Below, one piece after another: positions 40,376 to 53,900 of a stretch of DNA of 64,000 nucleotides. This DNA comes from Antedon mediterranea (lineage: Eukaryota; Animalia; Echinodermata): positions 25,860,437-25,924,436 of the forward strand of contig NC_092672.1 of assembly GCF_964355755.1 (NCBI RefSeq), read 5' to 3'. Within the stretch, counting starts at the first letter, position 1. Each line of letters begins with the position of its first letter. The notes below the pieces were generated by a model that made no database searches, was not told the DNA's origin, and saw only the letters and a program-made list of their open reading frames with translations. The position numbers and the translations under genes were made by a program.

Positions 40376-42065
40376 TAATTACGTGTTTACGTTTTACACA
40401 CTCCATAGTTCACACAGCGAAGTATGCGTAACGCAAGTTTACCAATTACAAGCGAATTTCGAATGATTTAGCGCATCAAATTGCTTCAGCTGCGTCCAAA
40501 TGTAAACCAAGCTCGTATATTTGTATGTACACGCAACAATGCACCAATCAGTGAATGTAATAATAGCATTTTACTAACATAAAATGTGCGTTGAAATCTA
40601 AAGCTTTTCCTAATGCAATGACCACGAAAGTTGATCATAAGTATATCATAAAGGAAGTTTTAATCATTAACTATGTGTATTCATCAAGACACGTTGTAAA
40701 TTAAGATAGATTTGTTTTGAAGATTATGATGATAACTATCTTGATTCACGTGTAGTCGTTGCGGAACAAATTGCACGGAAGATGTTATCAAATGATAGAT
40801 AATTGCTGTCATAGGCCTCACGTAGGCTTGCAGATGTTTATTTTATATATGCTGCGCTTGATCAAACTTATATCAATTGTCTAGTGTGATAGTAAATACA
40901 AGAGTACATATTATTGTAAATACAATACTTTTTATTTTATACTTCAGCTGTACAGTATTTAACTTATTTATTAATTAGCAAAACTGATTTGTATTATCTT
41001 GGAATTGAATTGTTATCGTGGATTAAATCATGAAAAATGTTTTTGGCATTAAAGTTAAAACAACGAACCTACTTTAATAGACTGGTGCGTTTTATTTGAT
41101 TTGTTTTATGAGATATTTTATTGGGGTTACGTAAAGGTATTGAAAGCCGTTTGTGGAAGATCCGTCAAATTACGATTGATATTAAAGGCCAGGTGCGGGC
41201 AAAAAATGTCTATTGGTCATACATTCCAATAATTATCGATCTATAGTTTCCCCTATGTTTCATAATTTTTTGGGATTTTATTTGTGTTACAGGAGCTTGT
41301 TGAAAATAAGCACTTTCTTATCAGTGGGGGGATAGTTCAACTTACACAGTAAAATCTCTATTCTTATGTACACACATTTTGTAAATAGAGAGGCATTTTA
41401 AAAAGCTATGAAAAATAAACGGTGTGGTAAAAAATGTTATCAAATGACTAAATATAGGTAATATAACTTGAATTTTAAATTTCTAGTATTTTTATTCAAC
41501 TTCAGATTTTTATTTTCATGCTAAAGCAAAAATTATCCACCGTATATCCACCATCTTTTTTCACCTTTAGGGAGTCACCAGACATGTTATTACATAGGTT
41601 AAACTACCTAACTACTGAAAAAAGTCTTCCTGGTTTTTATGGCAAATTTTTGCCAAATTTTGTATTTGACCATATTAAGGAAAATTCATGCTTTTTCGTC
41701 TTGATTTCTGTTACAAATATTTGATTTATGTACAATTAACCAGATATTATATTTAAAATTCATGCCTGTATCTGAGCTTTAAAGCACCTAGATCAAATTA
41801 TCTAAAGGTTGCAGTGTTTACTGTACTTAATCTCAAGCTTTAACTGGAAAATGTTCCTGTTCTAATAAACCGTTTAAAACGCTTTAAAAGAAGAGTGCAC
41901 AATCAATATCACTTTTTAATAAAACTCATAAAACTACGAACAACAAAACGCCAACATAGGCATGTTGTTATTAAAAAATGATGACCTTGCCGGTCATTTT
42001 ATACGTACGTAAAACGTAAAATCAGGATTCGTAGAATCAGAGATATGAAAAACCTGTATGGATAA

Positions 42066-42464
42066 AGGCCCATTTACACTAGGACGATAACGATCGACGA
42101 TAAATAAACAAATTTGCATTGCTCATACATAAAACAAAAGAAATCTAATTTTTTTTTTATTCTAGGACTATTTAGGAACCATCTATGCTTCCTTTGATGA
42201 AAATGATATTTTCAGACGTCCAATCAAATGACGTCATGATTAGTAAGAGCAATAATATCGTGACAATACAACGATATTTTTTGTTTATTGATCATGACGT
42301 CATTTGATTGGATTTAAAAAAAAAATTATTTTATCAAAGACAGAATAAATGAGTATTCTATAATTCTAGAACGAAAAACTTTCTAAATTATTTTGTTTTA
42401 TATAAGAAAAATGCATGCTTATCTATTTATCGTCGATCGTTATCGTCCTAGTGTAAATGGGCCT
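42066..42464. mobile_element. About 400-bp palindromic PIF/Harbinger-type MITE
   Basis: 41-bp perfect TIR aggcccatttacactaggacgataacgatcgacgataaata, TAA target duplication (42063-65, 42465-67), and arms pairing imperfectly along their whole length. Confidence 0.9.
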
Positions 42465-43049
42465 TAAAACCTTCTTTGATACGTATAGGCAACCTTAACT
42501 AACATCTGTTCAGGAAATGTAGATTTGTATACGGCGAGGGGCGACGTCAGAACTGTTACACAGTTAGTGTTTCTTTTTATCAATTCCGGTTGTTTAAGAT
42601 TAACGCCCTCTTGTGAATTCTACCCTTACACGACATACGTTTTTAATGATGGTCAAATAAAATCACTGGTGTAATTTAGGTATTGAGTTACTGCTGGTAG
42701 TTAATAATCTATTGGCTATTCAATTTGAAATACAGGATATTAAAGGAAAAATCCCGAAGCTTAAGGTTTCTACCGTGCATTCAATTCAAACATAAAAATG
42801 TTGAATAAAAAAATATGGTCAAAATACACTAACAAGAATTAAACAATTGAAAAGCATTAATAATCTTCTGAGAATGCTGTTAGAAATTACAAAATATGTT
42901 CACTAATTGTAAGATAGAATTATACAATGTAAACAAAAATGATTTGATTACAAATTGGCCTAGATCAGGACAAGTCCCACTGGTGTAAAAACAATGCTAA
43001 ATTTTAAACCTTTGCTTTTTCATGAAAATAAAATGTACATTGGTGGCAA

Positions 43050-43560
43050 TGAAATTTGTAAACCATGCTAAAATACTTGGAGTCACGCTCAAAACGATTT
43101 GAAATGGAATAAGTAGCGATACCATCCTTAAGGCTAATAAACAACTCTCTTTTTAAAGAAGTATAAATTGGTTTAAATTGTAAAGAGCTATGCTATGTCT
43201 AATGTGGGTATATATTAGGTCCTTGCTTGAATATGCCGATGTCGTATAGCATTCGTGTTTAACCAGATCGCTTACTCTTCTTAAATGTGTCTAAGGCACA
43301 GCTTTTTGCATTAGATTTGGAAGAACTTTAGTGCATATATGTTAATTCTTTAAATGTCTGTAAACTTCCTTATCTCTCTCTGACAGAGCAGCTCACAATC
43401 TTAAATTTGCAAAGGAAATATCCAAGACTGTCCATTCTTCTTATCTGGTTTGAGAGTTACGGGAGATTGCTCCGCAATAGGAACCAAATATCACAATTAT
43501 CATCTAGAACTGCAACAGTCCAATCCCCTATGTTATCCCACTGCTCAATGCTTGATCGCT
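43050..43560 (+). mobile_element. Decayed LINE (CR1/L2-group) ORF2 3' remnant
   Basis: Frameshifted fragments translate to HAKILGVTL..NDLKWN..KANKQL and CGYIRSLLEYADVV*HSCLT, typical of the C-terminal RT region of CR1/L2 elements. Confidence 0.7.
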
Positions 43561-44206
43561 TTGTATCTTTCATATTTATCATGTTATTTATTTTATAAAT
43601 TGGTGTTTTTGTATATCTTTAAGAGCATGTATTAAAAGATTACACGTAATCTGGCCATTTGCCACAAGTTGTACCGATGCTATATTGTTTTTTTAAATAA
43701 TAGAAGTATAATATTAGATTATAAACGAACAAAGTTATGTAATTTAATTAATATAAAACATAAAGACCTACCTAAGAAAAAGTTATGTCTTGGTTTGTTA
43801 TCTTGGTTACCAGTCATGTACAAAATCATGTTACGGTTCCAGGGTTCCTGACGCAATTACGTTAAATTTTACAGCATGAGTTTCCATTTCTCTAATTGGC
43901 GAATCATGTATACATTGCTCTTTGAAAACAAATACAATTTACTCTAGATCAGAAAAAAAAAATAAATTAAGTAAAGCATTACACACACGCCCTAAACTAG
44001 ATTATATGAATTTCTAAATGGGGGTGGAACTGGGTCTATTTTCAGGGTTAAAAAAGATTACGTTTAACACCGCAAGCAATAACAAGGTCAAGATCAAGTT
44101 AGGCTTATAATAATTTACTTTTTAATGATTTTAGTTTGTATTGACAAACAAATAAACAATGACCACTACCGCAATGGACTTTTGCTGGGATTTACTGTAA
44201 ACCTTG

Positions 44207-44343
44207 TTCCGGTTACTTTCAACGAACTTTAACCACATCACATTGCTGTTAATTACGTCACCGCGTAAACTTATTCAACCAATCAGTGATGAGCAATTGC
44301 AGCGGATCGAGAATTTGTGGTCACCAGGACAACTTATATATAT
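44207..44343 (+). promoter_or_regulatory. Proximal promoter of MMP copy B
   Basis: TTCCGGTTACTT (44207, identical to copy A), Runx-like AACCACA (44231), TTACGTCA (44253), CAACCAATCAG (44276, identical to copy A) and TATATATA (44335). Confidence 0.6.
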
Positions 44344-44448
44344 TCGAAAATAATTTGTTTATTTATTAAATGATTAAAAGAGTTGATATTTATTACAGTA
44401 TAGTTTAAAAAAATTTATTTCCAATAAGCTGTTTGTATAACCTTTGCA

Positions 44449-47400
44449 ATGCAGTGGTATTATTTAAGACATTTAGTGCAATATGCGATTTTTATGTGCT
44501 GCTTTGTGCTATCATCATCAAAAGCGTTGCCGATATTAAATGAGGTAAGTAAACCTAAAATAAGGTAAAAGTAAGGAAAATATTGATTTTTATTAAGGTA
44601 AGGTTGATTAAGTATTTTTATTTGTTTTGTCTTATAGGTTCGTCCCACTTTTGTTGTTAATGTTTTTTTATTGTCACCTTTATGTTTTACTCTATTATTA
44701 CTACGAGGTAGTATGTGTCAAATGTTGCGTCGTGTAAATTACAACCTACTACATTTGAATAAAGATGCTGTGAAAGTGTCCCGGTAGTAGATCACTGAGC
44801 GTGTGCTCTCAATGGCAGAATAAAACTTATAACCAATTATCATTGTTATGTTACATTATAGAATACACGTCAAATGCAATTAAATCCGGTGAATAGCATT
44901 ATGAAGGAGGACTTATCACTATCATCTGCGTCATTATCACAAGATAGTATGTTTGATGAGGTTATTATTACACCGTCTGAAGATGAACGTAATTTGAGCG
45001 AAAAACAGATATTGGAAACAGATATAACACGTGAAAAGAGGTACACACATAGAGGAGCCAAATGGAATGGTAGAGTAACTTACAGGTGGGTTATAATTTC
45101 ATTATTTGGAATTACGAATAATGGACTAACATTTTGAGACATTAACAGTTATTTTAATCAAATTTCAAATTATTCATTAAAATTTTTTTTTCAAATGATA
45201 TTGATTGATATATATTAATTAAGTTGTTCAAAAGTTACAACAAGAATGAAATAAGCAAATCACTGGATTTGCAATAATTAAACAAAATACAAAATATTCG
45301 TTATATTTATTTTACACCATACTTAGCCTATTTTTTCTATAGTCAAATTATATAATAACTTATCCGCTAGTAACCTCTTTAATCAATGTCAAAGGTTATG
45401 AGAGGCGGCGATTCAAAAGGAGAGTGCTCAAAGTCCATTACTTGATGAATGGAATGCATTTTTAGAAAGATAATTCATAGAATAACCCGTAGGTCTATAT
45501 TTTACCATTATAAGGTTGTTATTAGTATAAAAATAATCAGTTAATATTCATATTTTTGTATTACTAAGTTATTGCAACCTATAGAATAGTCTATTTGGTT
45601 TTTTTGTTTAGAGCGTATTAAAAGGAATGGAATGACCTACTTTAATGAAAGTTATTATTGAATGACCTATATCACCGGGATTAGAGTTACGACGAATATA
45701 ACCTAGTAGGTTTTTTTTGTGGATTAGAAGGTCTAGTATGACGGACCATTACCACATGGTTTTAGAATAGGAAGTTTATTTTGACACGCGACATTATTAC
45801 TTTTTAAATAAAGTTTTCTTTTTTTACAATTTTTATTTTAACTTATTTAATGAGGATGAACTTACATAGACACAAATAACAATGTACACTTTTAAAAACT
45901 TTTTAAAATTAAAAACGAATAAAAACTCATGGCATTCAATTGCATATTGATTGTAAAGTTTACAAAAAAAATAATTTTTAGTGAAAGTGTAAGTTAATGG
46001 TTTTTAAATCAAACTAGTTGAATTTAAAAATTCTAAACTAGTTACGAAAGCGAAAATCAAGTTGAAAGCAACAAACAGTTATCTATCCGTTATCAGTTAT
46101 CATTATTTCTTAATCAAAATAGTATATCTCAATCAATATTGTTTATTATTTGGACGGTTTATTTGAACGAATGAAATAACCATACCTTGCTTATAATAAT
46201 GGTTCTTACGACAGCAAAAGCAGAATACCCTGAATTAGTGTCTTACATGGCGTTACGGTAAACGAGGATCACATGCATTTAAATAGGAAGTTATTTATTC
46301 AATTAGACCGTATCCTATACACTAAAAGGAAACGTTTAAAGCGACAATGGTTGCAGTAGGTTTATCAGTCATGTTTTTTGACGGATAAAATAATATATAG
46401 ATATATGTGGAATTAAAAAAAAATGTGTTACATTGAATGGAAGTTGGACAATTTTATTGTTTAGGTAATATTTTATTACAGTTTATATTTTATGATTAGT
46501 AAAAATTCTTACGAGAAAAACAATTCTAGGTTAAATAGTTCCAACATTGGAATGACAGATATGGAAGAGAGAGATTTGAACTCGTCACCAGGACGAGATA
46601 AACTATATAATGCGCAAACCTAACGTTACGTGCACATTCGTGCGCGTTATTGCTAGGAAAGGAAGGTATCATACTGCAAATCATCTGATACAAAAATAAA
46701 AAAAATAAAAAACCGGAAATGATTAAAGATTCTTTAATTTTAGACAGTTTTCCAACATTTATAAATTCACTTAAATCACATGTTTTATATTGACTTTGTT
46801 GAATCGACTATAATGTATTTTATCCATTTTTTTTATATTGACACTGTTGATTTGTCTATTTGTTATTTAATTTAATAATAATAATAATAAACTAGAAATA
46901 TAATATATATTTTGCGCTTTCAGAATACTCAATTACCCCGAGCGTGGATTACCACCTAAAGCCAAGGTCCACAAATACATCGCTCGAGCGTTTAGACTTT
47001 GGAGGGCAGTAAGTAACCTGAGAGTAAAGGAAGTATATTCAGGACACGCCGATATTCTGATATCGTTCGTTCAACGTAATCACGGAGATGGATTTCCATT
47101 TGACGGAAGAGGTGGATCCCTAGCTCACGTGATTCGAGGAGGTGGCAACCTTAATGGTGACATTCACTTTGATGATTCTGATAAGTTTTCGCTAAAACAA
47201 GGAACAAGTATGTTGAACATTTACTATGCATTATTGTGATTAAGCCTAATGTCTAATAATTAATCTCATTAACAAAATAATACCTTTTACTGTTTTAGAA
47301 TTGAGTATTTCTAACTAAAATCTGCTGCTGAAAAGTTGCTGTACTTTGGCGTAAAAACCGATAATTTTAATCAGCTTAATCCAGCTAGCCTAGCACATTG

Positions 47401-47885
47401 GTTGTTAATAAAAAAAAAAGTATATGAAAGAGACAAATGCCTGCGAACCAATCACACAATTCAACTGTTTAACCTCTTTTATAAAACTTACTCATAATGA
47501 CAATATTCTCATTATGTATAATATTTTATAGCATTGTAAGAATAATAACATTTTAATTTCTTATTTTTAAGTAACTTAGCAAAGTGTACGTATTTTATTT
47601 AATCCTTAAAACAAAGTTCGTTTCATGATAAACAGACTGGTTTGATTACTAAAGCTTCATGTTTTTACTTAAGCACTGATGAACTAAGCCATTTTACCTT
47701 ATTTTTCAGCTACGTTTAATTTCTTCTACATCGCCGCACATGAGATAGGTCACAGTCTAGGATTGGGACATTCAGAAGTAAAAGGTTCATTGATGTATTA
47801 CGCCTATCCCAGAAATTCAGAATTAGAATACAATGTTAAGCTTGCTGATGACGATATTAAAGGTATCAACGCCCTCTACGGATAA
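44449..47885 (+). CDS. Matrix metalloproteinase (M10A matrixin), minimal form, tandem paralog B (about 259 aa)
   Basis: Exons: 44449-44544 ([32 protein letters not shown]), 44862-45085, 46924-47207, 47710-47885, with the same intron positions and phases as copy [44 protein letters not shown] Met-turn, DDIKGINALYG-stop. Confidence 0.93.
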
Positions 47886-49262
47886 CTGGATATATTATAA
47901 GTATATAGTATCTATAAAATACTGCTAAACTAATTTGACTTTCATTGATGTATTACGCATATCAAATAGATCAAAACCCTCTACGGATAAATAGATGTTG
48001 TATATATAAGAATTTATTCAAATAACAAAAGGTTTTTACCTTTATTGAGGTTATATTGAAGGCCTACTTTTGTAAACCATACACCGTCCAATAAACAGCA
48101 AGAACCATTCATAACAAACGAAATCGTTTACCGTTGAAATTATATGGTGTCTGGCTAGAAATATTATTCCGAATTGTTCTTGTTCGAATCTAGAAACATG
48201 ATATAAATAGTAGGTGGCATATGGTAGAATTAGATCAATTAATCAATGGATCTGATATGTCCTATAACAATAATGTTGAAGCATTTATAATGTTCCTGTA
48301 TCGATTACCTTTGACACTGGATGTTACTGTCTTGGAGCATCTCATGCAATGTCATTTCTATTACACTATATTAGAATGTTGATTACTTCTATATTTATTT
48401 AAACTGTTTAAGTGTGCACATACTATTGATAAAAATATGAATTAATGCCAAAGATAAATTATGTCCAAATATTTTAAAGATATTTTAGTGCACCGAGTCA
48501 ATTATTATGAGAAAAAAACAAGTTGTTTTCTTTCTACAATAACCAGAGTACCTCCAGAGTACCACTAAAGATTCCTATAGAATGCTATAACAGATTTTCA
48601 AGAGACGTGGGTCTATTTCAAAGAAGTTATTTTGTAAAAAATACAGAAAAACACTAGGACGAGATAATATTTTCGAGTTTACTGCCTTAACGTAAATTGA
48701 AAAACGGAGGTGTGTAGACACTTTAGGCCTACTAATAATACAACTATTTATGAATGGAAGTTGTTTTGATAGAAAGGCTTATGTAGGCCTATTTTGTTTT
48801 ATTTATTATGCTGTTTAAACACAGAAATAATGAGATTGTTAATTCCAAAAGTTCATACCAAAGAAAATATTTATTTATAAATGGTTTAAAGTTTACCTGT
48901 TTTAATGTTGACATGTTTTATTGTTGACATTGTTTAATGATTACATCCTTTAATTCTGATTTTTTAAATTATTGAATGTTTTTGTGAATAAAATACTTGT
49001 ATTTAAGAACAAAATTAAATTATTGATTGGTAAAGTATAAAGTAATACTTATTTAATTGTTATTTTTTGTTCATGAACTTTTGTTTTGGTCGTAATAAAA
49101 ATTCATTGCAGTAAAAATCCTGTGACTAATATATAAAAGAATACTTAAAAACATCTGATGTCATAATGCTAACACTCCGAGACATATTATGGTATGTTTA
49201 AGATTACAGTAGGTTTATGTTCGTCCACTGATTAGGGTGTCAAGGGTTAATTCCAACCTTAG

Positions 49263-50301
49263 AGCCTGTTTTCCACTAGGCAAATCTAAAACGTCAGCTT
49301 AAAGACACCTTCCCTACGTTTTTTTAGATCTATTTTAAGATCACAAACTATATTTAATTTAAAAATAATACTATATGGTCCTATTGCGATAACTTTTTTC
49401 GTCTTTAAATGGTTAAAATGTGAAAAATAAGTCGATTCTAATAATTATAGCGCCCGCTATAAATCCCAAAATGCATTGCGCGCGGATTGATATTTCTGCT
49501 TTTCTTCTGTAATTAACCCACTTTTCGATCGATCGCGAGGCCAAAACAAATGGAAGACTCCTTACTTTTCAGCAACAATACCGGGTTTTCCCCAATTTGT
49601 ATCAACGGAGTCTGGCAAAAATAGAAAGACAATTAATGCAGCAAACGTCAGACTAGGAATATAGCTAGCGTACGATGTTCGTACATTACCGATGTTTACC
49701 AGCTAGGCCTACAAAACTAAGCCTAGCTAGGCTAGGCCTAAGACCGTCCACGAGAGGTCAGTCGCCGCGAGCTACTTAGGCAGTGCGTTGTTTCTCATTT
49801 TTTATCATAATTTACCATAAAACGTACATTTAAGACATGGAATGACCTTGTTTGATGTTTTGAAAGTAATATACATGTATTATTTTTACAAAACGTCACA
49901 AATTGTAGGGAAGGTGTCTTTAATATTATACACATACATTATTCATGTTTCCATCTTCCAAATCCTTCTGTTAAGCAATCAAAACTCAGTAAATGAGTTA
50001 GACAACAATTTATTCGCACGAATCCAACGTTTCGCAGAGAAAAAATCCGCACTTATCTTTCCACTGCAAGAGCGAATAGCTGCCATTTTAATGTCTGATG
50101 AGCTTTTCGAATCGCATGATTGATTGCGGACTGTTTGAATTCGGAAGAAGTAGAAACAATTTGAACGTACTTCTAACTTTGCTGAAGCAAAAAACTCAAG
50201 AAACTATAATTCATCGCATCGAGGGATTTGGAAGATGTAAACATAGATACGCTGTGACGCCTTGGATTCGCGCAAACGAATTGCCTAGTGGAAAATAAGC
50301 T
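49263..50301. mobile_element. Non-autonomous TIR element, probably with a nested insertion
   Basis: TIR agcctgttttccactaggcaa / ttgcctagtggaaaataagct; 50007-50050 resembles 14103-14150. Confidence 0.55.
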
Positions 50302-50952
50302 TCAATGAGCGCGCATGAGAATCGAAACATTTAGCAGACATGTGATGGAAATGGAAATCGCAGCTATTTAATTTTTGTAGATTTGTATCTCTTACTCAAA
50401 CCGTGGTATGTTTACATTTTTCTCAACAATGTGCGTCACTCTGTCGACCTTTCTCAAACTGAACTGTACTTTTTGGTTTAAATCAGACATTAAATAAAAG
50501 TTACAATAAGGCGGAACACACTAATCAAAACAACAGCGAACACTCAACAGATTAAATAGGCATGTATAAACTTAAAAGTCAATATGATCATAATACAGTA
50601 ATATTACAATGTACTATATCAATTACAATACTGTAGTCACGTTAAATACAGACACAACTAAACTGGTACAAACTGGTTCGGTCCGGTTAGAAGAAATACA
50701 AAACACAAACAAAACAAACAACCATACATAGGCCGACAAAGTACTATTACATGAAAGAATACATTAAATGCACAAATAAGATCCTATAATATAATAATTG
50801 TATTGCCACTATCGATTACAGTATACACAAAAAGGCTTATGCACCGACACGTCACATATATTTTCAATCATCAAGGGCATTTAAGTAGGCCTAGATGCGC
50901 CACAGAGAGAAGTCACTATTTGAATTCACCAATGTTATACGCTAAAATAACT

Positions 50953-53900
50953 ATGTTTGAGAGTGGAGCAAAAACCGTAGTTTTCATGTGCATGTGCTTT
51001 GTGGTAGTAAATACTGAAGATTCTATTACTGAAACTCACGAAGTTGTCATGAACGCCAAGTATGATTTTCGGTTTAAATGGAGAATTGACGAAGATAATA
51101 TTTTTATTGAAATGAGTGCCAATACGTTGGGTTATGTGGCGATTGGCTTTTCTCCTAATGGTGGAATGCCTGGATCAGATATAGTGGTTGGATGGGTCAG
51201 AAATGGTCAATCATATTTGTCTGTGAGTTAAGTTTTTTTTTTATAAACAGACCAGTCAATTTAAACATATTGACTTTTCAAGTAAAACTTGTTTGTTTTA
51301 ATTAAAATTAATAATAAAAAAAGTGTTCTTTTGTAAAAGACTGGAAAGCTATGAGAAAGTTACATTTTTTTTAAATGTTCTTAAGGCACATAATATTTAG
51401 ATTTTAACAACCCTCTCCTTTGGGAAACCTTGTTCAAGTATACCACTACCGGTGAAACGAAAAGTGGCAATATATTATGCTTAACTCTACGTAATATTTC
51501 GCTCTACTTAAAACCCTCTTAGTGCCACGGGCGGCGTTTGAAACCCCTGGGGACATGCGTTGAACACCCATAGTCGGCGTTAGACACCAATCGTACCTTC
51601 TGTGTTTGAGGGCGATAATCACTAACTTCTGCTTGTCTGAGGATTCTGGGATAGCTTTTATTCGATCAAGCGTAAAATTTACTTTCCAAAAATGTCAACG
51701 AAAACATTTTCGCTATGTGAAAATCTTTTGGAAATATTAATTAAAAACTGATTAATTAATCAAAATTACGTTGTTTGTGGATTACACGTTTCCCGTATCT
51801 AGTCAGACAACCGGAAATACTGACTTCTTTGTTGAAAATGTGCAACGCGAGAAGGATTTTTTGTACTATGTAGGCCCATGCAGCACGTTGTCAGAATTTA
51901 CTTGCCTGAGCAACTTGCTTGTAGTGGGCATGTTCAGACTAACGATGGTGATAGGATGGTTTGATTGGGCCTAGGCTAAAATTATACGATGGCGGTTTAT
52001 TTGAATAAAATAACTCGTATCTAACTCTCCTATTATTACTTTTGTTCAAGTAAATGTACATTTATAGGTATGTATTATAAATATTTGTTTCTTGGGGTTT
52101 TCTAAATATCATTTTATTATCGTTTTTATACGATTTTTTTAAAGAAATTTTATTTAAAAATTTTATTTTTTTAAATTCATACATTTCATAAATAAAAATA
52201 AATCATACAAATATTCATTATACATCATTTTACAGGAAATTTAATAAGGAATATTTGTTTTTAGAAACATATTTTCATACATTTATAATAAAATGATGAA
52301 ATTACTGTTTTAAAAATGTCAACTCCCTGGAGTACTATAAAAATGCTGTTCTGAAAAGAATTCGGTTGAGGGGAAATGGCTCTCTCTAGGGAATTAGATT
52401 GAAGCATTTTTCTCAAGTTATGGTCAGATAGGTAGAAAGAATGTGAACGCGTTTCAGCAAGGACTTCTATCGGCGGTAAGATCAAACGATTTATTTACCA
52501 TAAGTTTCTTTTATTCATCAATAAACGGCCCGCGTAAAATATGGACAAAAAGAAAGGAGAGAAAAGGCAACTACCACATGCATATCGATCTCAAACTCCG
52601 TTTCATTTAGAAGATATTAAGAAAATTATGTGAACATTAATTAATACCAAAGTACATAGTATAAATATAATACAAGGTGAAAATAGTTGAGATAACATAT
52701 TAATTAAAAGTTTATGAGAATTCTGTTACTTGTTGAAGGCGCTTTCCTATGCTAAAGTAATGTTACTAACAAACACGCTCTTGATCTCACCATGTCTCTT
52801 GCCGCGACCCTCAGTTTTAAATCAACTAATACTAATATTTTAAATCAGGATCAACAATAAACGTATGCATGTATAAATCGTATGCGCAATCCGATTTTAT
52901 CGGTAAATTGTTAACCGTCGGTGTTAATAGTAGTTTCCGGCTCTGCCATTACTTTGCGATTTCCGGGTTTAAACTAAGTATTTGCTGCCCTCTCTATCTG
53001 GACAAACTGGCCATTGGTATAGATCAATTTGGGTGCGTGTGTGTGTGAATGTTTTGCTACATTCTATATTCTACAATTCAACGAGATTCAAGTTTACCTG
53101 AGGCATTATTAAACTTGTTTTTATGTCATGAACCATTGTTTACATAATACAACATAATAATCAATGTATCACAAAACCTACAAAATTGCACGCATCAAGA
53201 ATTACAAATCAATTTCCTAAAAAAAAATGTTTACATAGTATCAAATGCATTGTAATTCGATTATTGGATATACATGTTTAGTTCTAGGTAGGTTTAGTTA
53301 TGTTGGTGGTGGTACAGCTGATGCTTGAGAGCTTGGCCCCAGGCATGGTATGTGGGCCTGAAATACACAGTTTCTGCGATAGTATTGGTGATTTCTTGTA
53401 TGTGTATATACGATTATAAAAGATGGAAGAGGGGGAGTGATGATGGAGAGATACAAAAATGATTCTTTATTTTATTTCCTGATATTTCCTCGTGCATATA
53501 TTTAGGACCGTCATGCTATCACTTACTCCAAACCTGAGGCGGATACAACTGGTGATTATACTCTTCTGTATGGACATGAAGATGGTGGGCGAACACGAAT
53601 TGGATTTAAACGTGCATTGAACACATGCGACGATAAGGATAACATAATAAATGTAAGTTTATTATTAAATCGTAATTTTTCATAGAATGTACACATTGCC
53701 AATCTTAAATAATATCTGTAAGCAGAAACAAACGTTAACAATGGTCATAAATGTGAATAATTTATATTTACATTCGAAACTGATACTTTCTTTCTTTCTT
53801 TCTTTGTATATGCCTACTTACTGAATGTATCATTAGTTAACTGCTTTACTTATTATTTTGTCTAGTGCATTAACATAAAGAATACATTATGCTCCTTTTA

